64,000 nucleotides of DNA, from positions 119,288,001 to 119,352,000 of the forward strand of contig OX597816.1 in NCBI GenBank assembly GCA_951406725.2, read 5' to 3'. Under the pieces are notes generated by a model. It ran no database searches. It saw nothing but the letters and a program-made list of their open reading frames with translations, and was not told where the DNA came from. Origin of the DNA: Octopus vulgaris (taxonomy: Eukaryota). The stretch's first letter is position 1, and the number at the start of each line of letters is the position of its first letter. Below, piece after piece: positions 1 to 14,320 of the stretch. A program made the translations under genes and the position numbers.

Positions 1-335
1 CATACTAACACACACACTCACACCTATGTGTTTATATGAATGCACACCTATTTATAGAAATGGAAATTTAATACGTACATTAACGTGTACATATATGTTT
101 TTTTTTACATATATATCCGTTTTTTTAATTTAAACATATATGCTTAGTAGTAATTATGCATTTATAAATAACTATATAAACCTGTATTTGTATCATGTAA
201 TATAATATAATATAATATAATATAGTATAATGTAATATAACATAATATATAGTTTCTATGTGGCCGGACGTAGCTTCCGTTTGAATTTGTCCCCTAGCGA
301 TTATTATTATTATTATTGTTGTTGGTGGTGTTATT

Positions 336-376
<41 letters not shown>

Positions 377-422
377 TATTAGTAGGCTATCTATCTATAT
401 ATATATATATATATATATATAC

Positions 423-507
<85 letters not shown>

Positions 508-527
508 GCATTCATATATATATATAT

Positions 528-558
<31 letters not shown>

Positions 559-568
559 ATATATATAT

Positions 569-731
569 ACGACGCCTTCTTTCATTTTCCGTCTAGCAAA
601 TCCACTGAAAAGGATTTGGTCGATTCGAGGCTGTAGTAGAAGACATTTGCCCAAGGTGCCACGCAGAGGGACTGAACCCGGAACTATGTGATTGGGAAGC
701 AAGCTTCTTACGACAAATCCACTCCTGCGCC
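569..731 (-). mobile_element. SINE family A, 5' half
   Basis: Reverse complement matches 4145-4308 and ends at the internal (TA)n. Confidence 0.85.
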
Positions 732-867
732 TATATGTAGAACATCATACATACATGTTTACGAAACTTTCCAGCCTTGCTGAATCAAAGAAAACATTAA
801 TATGAATAGTATATTCATGTTTTCGGCTCTTTCAATTATACTTTCGGCTATTTGCCGTCATATATAT

Positions 868-1205
868 GTGCCATCCGTCCACAACGAAAATCTAAATCGC
901 ATCACATAACGACAATACGGCACAATTATTTCACCTCAATTGGACCCGCTCTCTTCAACATTACACCAGGACACGTCAAAACAGAAACTGACCACACAAA
1001 ATTCAAGAAGTCTTTGGACAAATTCCTTCAAACAGTCCCGGACAAACCACCCACAGCCGGATATGTCTCCGCAAACAATAACTCTCTGCTCGAATGGGCC
1101 TCGGTGCCCAAATCCTGAATTGAAAGACTTCGCCAGGTGGTGCTATTAAGTTAGACATGGCCTGGGCCAATACTGGCCAAAACCTTTCTAAGTTATTCTA
1201 AGTTA
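868..1205 (+). mobile_element. 3' fragment of a CR1-group LINE (ORF2 C-terminus + 3' UTR)
   Basis: Translation FTSIGPALFNITPGHVK...KFKKSLDKFLQTVPDKP...NNSLLEW, stop at 1116-1118. It parallels the C-terminus of the 50.9-kb LINE and ends in a short tandem tail TTCTAAGTTA x2 before a microsatellite. Confidence 0.8.
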
Positions 1206-1259
1206 TATATATATATGTATGTATGTATTTATGTATGTATGTATATATGTTTGTATGTA

Positions 1260-1325
<66 letters not shown>

Positions 1326-1595
1326 TAATATATATATAGAGAGAGAGAGAGAAAGGGGGAGAGAGAGAGAGCAAGAGAGAGATAGGGAGATATATAACTT
1401 GATATTGTATACATATTGTATACATGTACGATATATTACATTATTACATATAAATACATATATTATATATACATCATGCACGTGTTTGTACATAGATAGA
1501 AATACAAATATTTGTCATAAATACCCACACGTTTATGTATATATATGTTTATACACTCATACATACATCCATCCATACATACATACATACATACA

Positions 1596-1628
<33 letters not shown>

Positions 1629-1829
1629 GCATGTAGTAACACACACACACACACACATCAATATGTATTTATATATACAAAAAATTCATAAAGGAAAAAT
1701 ATAGACGTTTATAAATATATACATACATATATATAGGGGCAGGTGTGGCTGTGTTGTAAGAAGCTTGCTTCCCAGCCACGTGGTTTGTGCTTCAACCCAC
1801 TGTGGGATTGAAACATCTAAAAGAATAAA

Positions 1830-2310
<481 letters not shown>

Positions 2311-2322
2311 TATATATATCTA

Positions 2323-3084
<762 letters not shown>

Positions 3085-4144
3085 TCATTCCATCTTTATT
3101 TTCAAACATTGAAAGTCTGTGACTACCTCATCCAATGTGCTCTTCAGTATCTGATCAATACATAATGATAATGCTTCATGATAACTCGATAAAGATCTTG
3201 TAAATGTGTCTAGGTGTACAGAGAGGGAGAGAGGGAGAGAGAGAGAGACATGCACATACATGCATACATATAAACATACATACATATATACATGCATACA
3301 TACATACATGCATACATACATACATTCATTCATTCATTCATTCATTCATACATACATACGTACAAATCTGCTCACATACATACATACACAGATACAAAAC
3401 ATACCTTATTGATGTAGTTGAAAATCCCATAAAGGAGCCTTGGATCTAGGTTAGAAACCGACTCTATATCTATTGGCAAGAAATCTTGAAATAAGACTGA
3501 ATAATAACCTACATACATACATACATACATACATACATACATGACTGTTTTTCATGCAGTTTATTTCCACCAAAATCATTCACAAGGCATTGGTCGGCTT
3601 AGCACTATAACAGAAGGCGTTTGTCAAAGCTTCCTTGCAATGGAACTGAGCCCGAAACCACATGCTTACTAACCAAACTTCAAAATAACACTGGCAGTAC
3701 ATTTGAAATATATTCACAGAAAAAAAAAATTGTCTTCACATATTCAAAAACCAACACATGATGAAGTCATGCGTAATTTAAAATAAAATGAAGTGAGGCA
3801 CATAACCCAAATAGACCAATGCTGTGAATTTCGATACAAAAGTTAAAGACTGGTGTAGTGATTGAGGTACGCAAAGACGTTAATTCATTGAAATTCGCTC
3901 TGAATACTAATGGTTTGGTTGAGTAATAACTACCTAATAATGTACACTTTCCATAAACTTTTCATTATGTCAATGTCTCTAGCCAATATGGTAAAGAGAA
4001 ATGTACATATGTAGCTTTATATTTATATGTATGGAATAAGATTTAAACAATTTTATACACAATACTGAAACTTCATTCCAAAAGATTTGTGTCGGTTTTT
4101 TCTTCTTTCTTTTTTGTATGTGAACATTTTTTAAATAGTTAAAT

Positions 4145-4309
4145 AGGTGCAGGAGTGGCTGTGTGGTAAGTAGCTTGATTACCAACCACATGGTTCCGGG
4201 TTCAGTCCACTGCGTGGCACCTTGGGCAAGTGTCTTCTACTATAGCTTCGGGCCGGCCAAAGCCTTGTGAGTGGATTTGGTAGACGGAAACTGAAAGAAG
4301 CCCGTCGTA

Positions 4310-4374
<65 letters not shown>

Positions 4375-4597
4375 ATATGTTTGTGTGTCTGTGTTTGTCC
4401 CCCCAACATCGCTTGACAACCGATGCTGGTGTGTTTACGTCCCCGTAACTTAGCGGTTCGGCAAAAGAAGACCGATAGAATAAGTACTAGGCTTACAAAG
4501 AATAAGTCCCGGGGTCGATTTGCTCGACTAAAGGCGGTGCTCCATCATGGCCACAGTCAAATGACTGAAACAAGTAAAAGAGTAAAAGAGTAAAGAG
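4145..4597 (+). mobile_element. tRNA-derived SINE, family A, full-length reference copy
   Basis: Head GGTGCAGGAGTGGCTGTGTGGTAAG (A box) and GGTTCAGTCC (B box), body CCTTGGGCAAGTGTCTTCTAC...GAAAGAAGCCCGTCG, an internal TA/TG microsatellite, and a (GTAAAAGA)n-like tail. Many copies in the window. Confidence 0.9.
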
Positions 4598-4633
4598 TTA
4601 AATAAGTTAAATAAGCTTAAGGAAATGATTCTA

Positions 4634-4891
4634 TTGGGTTGGTGCATAATTATCGCGGCCTTTTTTCAACAAACTTTATTCAACAAAAACAATAACAATA
4701 TTTAACAAAAACATCTTTAAATGACTGTCTAACCGTCTGCCCAGCTAATGGGAAGCAGTGATTGAAGTAGATGGTGAATATGCTCCGGAATAATCATTTA
4801 AAGATGTTTTTGTTACATGTTGTTGTTGTTTTTGTTGATAAAATTTGTTGAAAAAGAAAAAAAGCCGCAATAATTATGTACCAACCTAAAA
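4634..4891. mobile_element. Mariner-derived MITE with about 95-bp imperfect TIRs
   Basis: TA|TTGGGTTGGTGCATAATTATCGCGGC at the left end and GCCGCAATAATTATGTACCAACCTAA at the right. The inverted match extends inward to TAACAAAAACATCTTTAAATGA / TCATTTAAAGATGTTTTTGTTA. No coding capacity. Confidence 0.85.
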
Positions 4892-4972
4892 TATTGTGAG
4901 TGCATCCAGTATTTTTTGTAAAAACTTTTACACGTACAAACATATATGTAGTTGCATGTATTAATCATGCAA

Positions 4973-5017
<45 letters not shown>

Positions 5018-5592
5018 TACATAATAGACATATATATAATTATATCTATATATACACATGTGTGTGTGAGTATGTATGTGTGTACGTCGTAAAAGCAGAG
5101 TGAGAAAGAGAGAGAATGGCTGTACGTGAAACACGCTAAAATGCCATGCTATAGACAGTAAAGCGCCTACTACAATTAGTGTCATACATGTATCTACAAT
5201 AAGCATGCATGTACAATAGTAAATAATATGGATGTACTTATGTGCATATGTACGTAAGTACATGAGTGCATATGTACCTCTATCTGTACGTAAGTACATG
5301 AGTGTATATGTATGTAAGTATGTAAGCCCACGGACATTGCGTTCCAAGTTTACAATCCCAACATTCCCAGCATTGCTGTATTGAACATGCATCAGGCAGC
5401 TGAGAAGACTATAAACAGCAACTGACCCTGCATGTGATAATGTCCTGACGTTCAATTACCGTTTGTTGTTGTCATCGTCGATATTTTTTTTTTCAGATCC
5501 AGGCCGGGGAATGAGCATGCAGAAAATTTTAATTTATGGTCAAACGCATCCATTCCGTGCCCGCCGTCCCAGTAACTATTCAGACATGACAT

Positions 5593-5773
5593 AGGCACAG
5601 GTATGGTTGAGTGACGAAGGATTAGTTCCGAATCATATGGTTCCGGGTTCAGTCCTACTTCGTAAACACTAGGAACAAATGTTTTTTTTTTTTACTATTG
5701 CCTAAGGCCGACCAAAGCCATGTAAGTGGATTTGTTAGACTGAAAAGGAAAAGATCCCATCATACATACACAC

Positions 5774-5804
<31 letters not shown>

Positions 5805-5832
5805 CACATACATACATACATACATACATACA

Positions 5833-5895
<63 letters not shown>

Positions 5896-6230
5896 ACATA
5901 CATACATACATATATATATATATGTATGTATTTATAAATACATATATATGTATATGAATGTATTTATATATGTGTGTGTATACACATATGTGTGTGTATA
6001 CACATATGTGTGTGTCTTTGTCCACTATCACTACTTGACAACTGCTGTTGGTTTGTTTACGTCCCCGTAACTTAAAAGTTTGGCGGAAGAAACCGATAGA
6101 ATAAGTTACCAGACTTTAAAAAAAACAACTAATAAGTACAGAGGTTCTATACTTTGTTCGACTAAACTCTGCGAGGCGGTACCCCAGCATGCCAGCAGTC
6201 CAATGACTGAAACATGTAAAAGATAAAAGT
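5593..6230 (+). mobile_element. SINE family A, diverged, expanded internal microsatellite
   Basis: ATGGTTCCGGGTTCAGTCC, GGCCGACCAAAGCC, GTCCCCGTAACTTA and AATGACTGAAACA. Confidence 0.8.
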
Positions 6231-6961
6231 TAACCAATAAAACATATCCTAACCAGAACTCCATTGTTTCAAGTATATCTATCAATTCTTAGTCAGTACT
6301 GTATGGTTTTGAGGGACATTTGTTTGCCCGTCCTAATAGGTTCATCTAGTTTACAAATTCTTAGATGTATTTAATTTCTTCGTTCATATGCATGATAGTT
6401 TCACTCTTAAAACAATGTTCTTACTGTTTATATAACCTTAATGTTGTAAGGTATTGTGCTATTCAGTAAATTCTCTTATATTTTTGGTATTTATTTTTGT
6501 CAAATATATTTGTTATGTTTGTTTTGTTAAATTTATATCAGTTAATGAAAATGTTACGCATACTTATGTATTACTTCCGGTATAAGCCTCGTTTATAAAA
6601 TATCAGGAGTGGGTGTATATACACATATGTAATATATGTCTGTATCTACATATAAATATATAACTATACACACACCTACGCGCGCGCGTATATATGTATG
6701 TATGTATGTATGTAAGTGTGTGTGTATGTATGTATGTATAGATATATAAAATATATGTTAAAAGTCAGGGTACAATATTCAACTGTTTGCTAGAAAGAAG
6801 AGTTAAAACTCTCCAAAGCCCCGCATCTCTCACTATATGCAAACACGCATGAGAATGTAGCAAATGTACTAAAAAAATGACAAACAGTCATCCCATTTGT
6901 AAAACTACAAATAGGAGAGTTGGTATCCCAGTATCAATTGATTTCGCTTTCTGTACGACGG

Positions 6962-7009
<48 letters not shown>

Positions 7010-7309
7010 CATATGTATGCTTCTGAAACTATAATTCTGTATTCCTTCCCCTGTGTTTACTGTGAACCAATGGGTAGGTCGCCGGACTTACTAAAAATTG
7101 TTACAACTCAACCTCAAATTACATCTTACTAGTTTAAAAATAATGGAGGACTCGTCATCCTGTAAACATATGATGAAAGACAGTCCAATCGTAGGGATCC
7201 ATTATCACTTTTTTTTTCTTTCTTAAATATCGTGTATTTAGAACTACAATTCATACAGCAAGATGTGAATTGAAGAAAACTTGGCTGGTATTTGTAATAT
7301 CTATTATAT

Positions 7310-7618
7310 TTTATTTGCTTCAGTTATTGAACTGTGACCATGCTAAGACACCGTTTTGAAGGGTTCGGTGGAACAAATCCACCTCGGTACCTTTTTTAAA
7401 AGCCTGGTACTTATTCTAGCGGTCTCTCTTTGTCGAATCGTTAAGTTACGGGGTTTAGGGGGCTTCTTTCAGTTCCCGTCTACCATATCCCCTCATGAGG
7501 CTTTGGTCGGCGCAGGGCTACAGTAGAAAACATTTGCCCAAGGTGTCACGCTGTGGGACTGAGCCTTGAATCATGTGGTAGCGAAACAAACTCCTTACCA
7601 CACAGCTACGCCTGTCCC
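7310..7618 (-). mobile_element. SINE family A, internally deleted
   Basis: GGCTTCTTTCAGTTCCCGTCTACC and ATTTGCCCAAGGTGTCACGC, plus the 3' module GTACTTATTCTA...TAAGTTACGGGG. Confidence 0.8.
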
Positions 7619-7699
7619 AATAAGAATGGTTAAAATTTGTGGTAGTGACATACTGAAGGAGTAATGGAACATCTCATGATGTAAGTCTCGTTATTGCTC

Positions 7700-7890
7700 G
7701 TCTCGTGTTGTTTAGCCCCAGCTCAGGCCCGATTGAAGAGACTTATTGATAAACTATTCAAGCCTTTTTATATCTCTGACTACATTGTATTATCCATTAT
7801 ACTTTTCTTTTCTGTCCCTTTTCCTTAACGACGGTGAGAATATGATTTGAGGGAGAGTCAGCTACTATAACTAGCTGGTCGAACGCTCAC
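7700..7890. repeat. Old dispersed repeat family C (SINE-like); diverged copies near 10.0, 10.5, 30.1, 35.3, 35.5, 37.1, 37.9, 38.5, 39.4, 42.5, 47.3 and 63.7 kb
   Basis: Recurrent GTTGTTTAGCCCCAG...TCAG...GAC(C)TATGAT...TTCCAGCC at one end and ATTTGAGGGAGA...GCT.CTA at the other. Copies are highly diverged and were matched by eye. Confidence 0.55.
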
Positions 7891-8332
7891 ACAGAGATAG
7901 TTTTGCGACTATAGTAGTAGCGGCAGAGTTCTGCGGTGACTGATAGTAGACTGCACCTGTCATGGCATGTATGTGGTGTTATGCCAGTTACTTTGATATC
8001 TGCTTGATCTGAAATAGCAACAAATGTATTTGAATCATCAGCAATCCGGTGCTTTGTGTAGCGACCATAGTATAGCATAGCTAGTAGTGCTGCGGTCATA
8101 ATTTTGTGCTGCCACTAGCTGCCTTAGTCTACGTTGTAGTTGTCAAAACAATAAGACACCAGCTCCGTCAGTAACGTTTTCAATCTAATAAACGTGCACC
8201 GATTCACCTAACTTAAGACTGATCGATCGTTCTATTATCAGATGAACTTTGAACCTTCCCTGCCACTACTTAAAGTTCCAAGTAATGTAGCTTACTGAGT
8301 TTCTCTTGATCAGAGAAATAAGCTAAGAAACC

Positions 8333-8580
8333 ATCATCATCATTATTATTTGACGTCCACTTTTCTGTGCTTGCGAGCCACGGACGGAGTTTCATTTGAG
8401 GCAGTTTTTCTATGGCCGGATTCCCTTGTTGCCAATCTTCACCTGTTTCTGAGCAAAGTAATATTTACCCAAGGCCAGATATATTCTCACAGAATATTGG
8501 AAATGAATGAGACTATATGCATGACAGTGACACTCATTTATAACTATCATGCGATGTCAGAACAAAGACACACAAACGCC
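8333..8580 (-). mobile_element. Possible RTE-related SINE/LINE 3' fragment
   Basis: Reverse complement contains TTGGCAACAAGGGAATCCGGCCATAGAAA and ends GTGGACGTCAAATAATAATGATGATGATG. Confidence 0.4.
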
Positions 8581-8583
8581 ACA

Positions 8584-8689
<106 letters not shown>

Positions 8690-8769
8690 CACGCACATTT
8701 ATATGTGTGACAGGTTTTTTTTTTCAGTTTCTGTCTACCAAATCCACTCACGAGACTTTGATCGCGTCC

Positions 8770-9140
8770 AAGGTGCACATACTGCAGCCCGCATCGCTGA
8801 AACCATTGAAAACTCGGCTTCGAGTTGCTGCGACACTCTGCATAGTGTTAAGATCTCACCGCTTCCGACTATTAACTCTTTGGAGAGCTTAAACATCCTT
8901 TATGAGGTCGTCGATTTACTATGGACGAAGAAGCGCAGGAAGCAGTGCATAAATGGTTGCACGAGTGACCAGCTGAAAACCTTCTCCGGTGGAATAAGCA
9001 CACTTGTGAACCGCAGAAAGAAGTGCATCGAAAAGTAAGACTATGTCAAAAAAATTATGCAATTGTTCAACCCCTGCTTTTGTTTTAATAAATTACAGAA
9101 ACAAGAGTGCGTATAATTTTTGACCTAACTTCTATATAAA
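8770..9140 (+). mobile_element. Mariner transposase C-terminal fragment and probable right end, decayed
   Basis: Manual translation with frameshifts: HTAARIAETIE/LGFELLRHSA*C*DLTASDY*LFGELKHPL*GRRFTMDEEAQEAVHKWL...GISTLVNRRKKCIEK*DYVKK. This is a decayed HPPYSPDLAPSDY.LF..LK..L.GRRF mariner C-terminus. Confidence 0.8.
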
Positions 9141-9702
9141 AAAGAAAGAAGGAAAGAAAGAGAGAAAGAAAGAGGGGAATATAGCTAGCTACATAAGATA
9201 GAAAAAAAAACCCCGCAAAGTATTCATTCTTACACTCTAACGATTCAACCAGCTTACCACTTTTCATTGAGTTAATAATAATACAAAAAAAAAAAAGAAA
9301 AAAACAAAGAAATGATAATAAATAATGATAACTAATTTCTGGAGAAAGCGAATTATTACTATCTCACCCCATCAGAATGTAATCAGTTTAACTGGTGTTA
9401 TATTGACTGACAAATTTTATTTACTTATTTATTAGTTTGTTTGTTTGTTTATACGTTTCGATTTTGTTTCCGTAGAAATCTTTAGCAGCGACTACTACGA
9501 GAAAATCTATGGAGGACAATTAGATAATGAATTGCTCGGCTTTTTCTATAATTGTCAATATTTGGACTTTAAACTCCTTCTAATCATATACACGAAATTC
9601 TTGTATTTACTATTATCATCAGTGAGGTAATGGCGGTTGATAGCAGAATCATTTAGATGGGGAAGCGTGCGTGCGTGCGTGCGTGCGTGCATGCGTGCGT
9701 GC

Positions 9703-9753
<51 letters not shown>

Positions 9754-10082
9754 TGTGTGCATGTGTGTGTGCATATGTGTATGAGTGGGTGTGTGTGTGC
9801 GTGTGTGTGTAAGTGGTGTGTGTATGTGTGTATACGATCATGCCACGATGTATTTTGTGGGTTTGTGTGTCAGTGTGAATAATTCTGTGTGCGTATGTGC
9901 GCGCGCACGCGCGTCGGAGTGACGATGGCTTACAGATGCGATTGTGGACGTCTCTGCATATACGGCTAAAACTTCTTTGATTGTAAGATGTGCTCGATCA
10001 GGGCCGACCTGGAGCTCAACAACAACTACAAAACTGATGACGATGACAACAACAACACGATATTGAAAACCTTTTTCACACA

Positions 10083-10144
<62 letters not shown>

Positions 10145-11289
10145 GAATGCAAAGGCATTTAAATCGATCGTTGCATTAAATTCTTCAAGAGAGAGACTCC
10201 TCATACCGATTTATCATAGATGCAGCGTTTTAAATTACTTTCTATTTTTAATCTGTCTGACATATTTTTATTATTTATTTTTTTTCCTCTCTTCTCACCG
10301 AACTAATAGAGATATTAACATTGAATTTCTGAGAAATAGATTGAAGGAATATATTGTGCGACAATAACGAAATCAATGGGTATTGATCTGCTACGGAGCT
10401 GTGATGTACCACTTCCAGTACGGCAGATTTACAATATGAAAATTGGCACCAGAATTGTTGTTGTTATTGTTGTTGTTGATGATGTATAGATTCAGATCAG
10501 CATTAATCGAAAAGATCTATAATCGATGATGTTCCAACCGTGACTAGCTCGGCACCTTTTCTCTTGGTTACATTTTCCAATCTATTCTTCTTAAGACAAT
10601 ACTGACCCCCAAATTGTGTCTGGTACTCACTCGTATCATAAAGGGAGAAAGCTGAAGTCGACCCGGGGATAAAGGGATGTAATTGCTGTAGGAAGAGACT
10701 ATCGCAGACTATTTATCCCACGCGGCATACTCTTGTCTGTTACTGCCCTTAAGCGATGCTTTTCATCAGCATCATTCAAGTTGTAGGCAGCCGCACTCCT
10801 CCTCTACCAATAGCAGCTTTTATAATTAATTATGGCCCTTTTTCGGATGGCTAGTCCTAGCCTTCAGCAGGATTTGATTTGAATCCCTTGATGAAATTTG
10901 AACTTAAAAACGCAAAGAGTTAGAACAGAACTGCGAAACATCTCAACCAACGATCTCATTATGCACCAATCTAACGTCCCTGGAGGAGTACACTGTTTAT
11001 TGAACACGAAAATAGGAAAGTACAAGTTGACCTCGACGGGATTTGAACTCAGAGTGCACAGACTTGGAACTTCTTTACCAATACACACAGTTTCTGTCTC
11101 CCACTACCTACTCACAAAAGGAAAAAAAGACATTTATCGAAAGTGCAGGGCAGTTGAAATTGAACTAGAAAACTCAGTGGCTTGTGGTTGCGAAGTAAAC
11201 TTCTTCCTTAACCATGCAGCTATTCCTGCGTTGTCTCATAGTTGTTTCTAATATAGTCGGTACAGGAAAGGCGTCGAGCAGGCAGAATC

Positions 11290-12110
11290 TTTTCGGGGTC
11301 TATAAAATAAGTACCAGTTGATCACTGGAGTCGATACAATCGACTCCCCTCTTCCCCCTAAATTACTGGCTTTGTGCCAAAATTTGTAACCAATGTAGTA
11401 GGTACAGGGAAGGCGGCGAGCTGGTAGAATCACACCGGGAAAAATGCTTAGCGCCATATTGTCCGTCCTTACATTCTGAGTTCAAACACCGTCGTAGTCG
11501 ACTTTCCTTTCATCCTTTCAGGTTGAGTAATGAGATTGATATAATCGACTAATGCCCTCCCCCAAAATTGCTGGCCTTGTGCAAAACTTGAAGCTTCTAA
11601 TAGTATTATTTTCTGCTCTAGATACAAGGTCCGAAATTTTGGGGGAGGGGCCAGTCTATTAGATCGATCCCAGTATGCAACTGGTGCTTAATTTCTTGAC
11701 TCCGAAAAGATGAAAGGCAAAGTCGAACTCGGCGGAATTTGAACTCAGAACATAAAGACAGACGAAATATCGCTAAGCATTTTGCCCAGCATGCTAATGT
11801 TTCTGCCAGCTCACCGCGTTTGAGGCCCCTAATAGTAGACATAGATCCTTGCGAGTTGGGTGTTAGTCGATTGAATTCACCCTAGTATTTGACTGGTATC
11901 ACTTTTCATCGCCCCCGAAATTGGCATAAGGCCAACAATTTTAAAGAAAATGGGTTAGTGAATTACCAATATTTGACTGTTACTTTATCATATCTAATTT
12001 GAGAGGATAAATTAGAAAGTTGACCATGGCGAGATTTGAAATCAGAACGTAACGAACCAGAAGACATGCTGCTTGGTATTTTGCCCAACGCTCTAACGAT
12101 TCTGCCAACT
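11290..12110. mobile_element. SINE family B cluster, both orientations
   Basis: Plus copies at about 11290-11395 and 11410-11595, minus copies at about 11615-11818 and 11860-12110. Confidence 0.85.
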
Positions 12111-12210
12111 CAGTGTTTGTGTCTATTTCATAATACACACTACTTACTCAGCCTGCAGTCTGTTAGCGAGACAGGTTTCCTTCTTTTTCTTTTTCTTTCT
12201 TTCTTTGTCC

Positions 12211-12241
<31 letters not shown>

Positions 12242-12934
12242 TTTTTTTTTTAGAATAGCTTTAGATTACTTGCAAATCTAATTAACGAATGTCTTATTGC
12301 GCTAATTGCATGGTGGTAAAAAGAAAACAAACAAATAAACAAAAAGCAAGTAAGCAAAAAAAAAAAAATAAAGAAAAGAAAACCACCAAATAAGGCAACC
12401 ATTCGGAGCAAGCAACTAGTATTAGTATGGACGAAGGCGAAGTGATTTGTTACAGTTGAGTATAACAATATATCGGACTATAATGGCTATTAAGCCTATT
12501 AGAACGGCCATCAATCATGAAGACTTAATCAGTCATTCTGTGCATATAATCACAGATATGTTTATGCTTTTTAATGTCTCCGCTTTGCAAACCGTCATTT
12601 CTTTTCAATGAAAAAGATAAAAACAGAATTCATTCAATTAATAATAAATTCTCCTTTACTGGCTTCTTCTTCTACATCTTCATCTTCATCTTCTTCTTCT
12701 TCTTCTTCTTCTTCTTCTTCTTCTTCTTCTTCTTCTTCTTCTTCTTCTTCTCCTCCTCCTCCTCCTCCTCCTTCTTTCTCATATCTCTCTCTTCTATCTC
12801 CTCGATCACAGTATATTTCTCCAACTCTTCCTTTCTGTACCTCCTCTTCTCTTTTTGTTTTCCCATTATGGATGTCATTTGCAGCAGCAGCAGCAGCAGT
12901 AGCAGTAGTAGTAGTAGTAGTGGTGGTGGTGGTG

Positions 12935-12975
<41 letters not shown>

Positions 12976-13085
12976 TGGTGCTTCATTTTAAATATTGCTA
13001 GATAACCTGGATTCATTGCCTTGTGGTACACAGTATATGGTTTCTTTCATTCATTCATTCATGTTTCTGTCTTTCTTTCTTTCTT

Positions 13086-13119
<34 letters not shown>

Positions 13120-13419
13120 CATTCCAGTTTCAAATCTTGTTTGGGTGGATTTCGTTTTTATCATTGAAGGGTATCAAATAAATATACCAGCCTTGCATTG
13201 CAGATCAAACCCGCATCTGCACGAAAAAATGTAGACCTTGAGTGTGAACGCTTATGGAACTTGCATGATATTCTAAGCTAGAATGATTGTGGAGGATCTA
13301 TTATGTGTAGAGTCACAGGAGATGAGGCACCTCGAGATTTGTCTAAAAAGATAAATTGAGTAAGAAAACTACCAAGAATATTTGAGTGTGCGACTCGCTA
13401 TAACAGATAACAATAATTG

Positions 13420-14115
13420 TTTCTAACTGGCCCAGAACCAGATATTTTGTAGAAAGTCGTCACTCGATTAAAGTTACATTCTGTACTTGGCTGTTACTTT
13501 ATTTCATCGACACCAAATGAATGAAAGACATAGTTTAATCTCGGCAGCATTTGAACTCCGAATGTAAAAAAGACTTAACTAAATACCAAGAGGTATTTTC
13601 TTCGACGTCCGAACGATTCTGCCAATCTAAGGCTTAACATAATAGCTCCTTCTAGACCTAGCACACAGCTTGAAGTTGTTTTTTCTTATGGGGAAGGAGC
13701 TAGTTAGATTACATCGACATGAAAAGCAAAGTTAGCCTCCGCGAATTTGAACTCAGAACATAAAGAGTCGGAACAAATAACGCAATCCATGTTGTCAGAC
13801 ACATTAACCATTCTGGTAAACCACCATCTTATAGATGCTATGAAAAATGGCTTCAAAATTTGGCACAAGGCCAGCAATTTAATGAGAGGGACTAAGTCTA
13901 TTATATCGACCCCAGTGCTTAACTGGTACTTATTTTATCAACACTGAAATGATGAAAGGCAAATTCGACGGAATTTTAATTCAGAACGTAAAGACAGATA
14001 CAATGCTATTAATCGTTCTCCCCTGTGTGCTAACGATTCTACCAGCTTACCGTTTTAGATGCCATGTAATAAGAACAATAATAATAATCCTTTCTACTAA
14101 AGGCACAAGGCCTGA
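13420..14115 (-). mobile_element. SINE family B, three to four diverged tandem copies
   Basis: Repeated ATTTGAACTC(A/C)GAA, GGCACAAGGCC and AACGATTCT(G/A)CCA. Confidence 0.75.
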
Positions 14116-14134
14116 GACTGAAATGGAATGCCCG

Positions 14135-14318
14135 GTAGATTTCCTATAGAAAGTTTGTCGCTTAGGGACAGCGAGAATTATCAGGAGGGTTCTAAGCACT
14201 TGAAAGACTGCTGAGAACTTGTAGATACCTAAGGTTACGGGTAGTAACCCACTAACCACATAATTTATACCAGGAATAAGACCGAACCTGAGCCAAACCA
14301 AAATATAAATAATAATAA
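14135..14318 (+). mobile_element. 3' end of an R4/Dong-like (RLE-type) non-LTR retrotransposon
   Basis: Manual translation VDFL*KVCRLGTARIIRRVLST* (stop 14201-14203) matches the LQK..LLGTA.I.R.VL C-terminus of R4/Dong ORFs. The 3' UTR ends in AATAATAATAA. Confidence 0.7.
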
Positions 14319-14320
14319 AA

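Noticed and set aside
4145-4215. tRNA gene-like A/B boxes here and in other SINE heads
   Set aside because: No cloverleaf or terminator. These are SINE heads, not tRNA genes.
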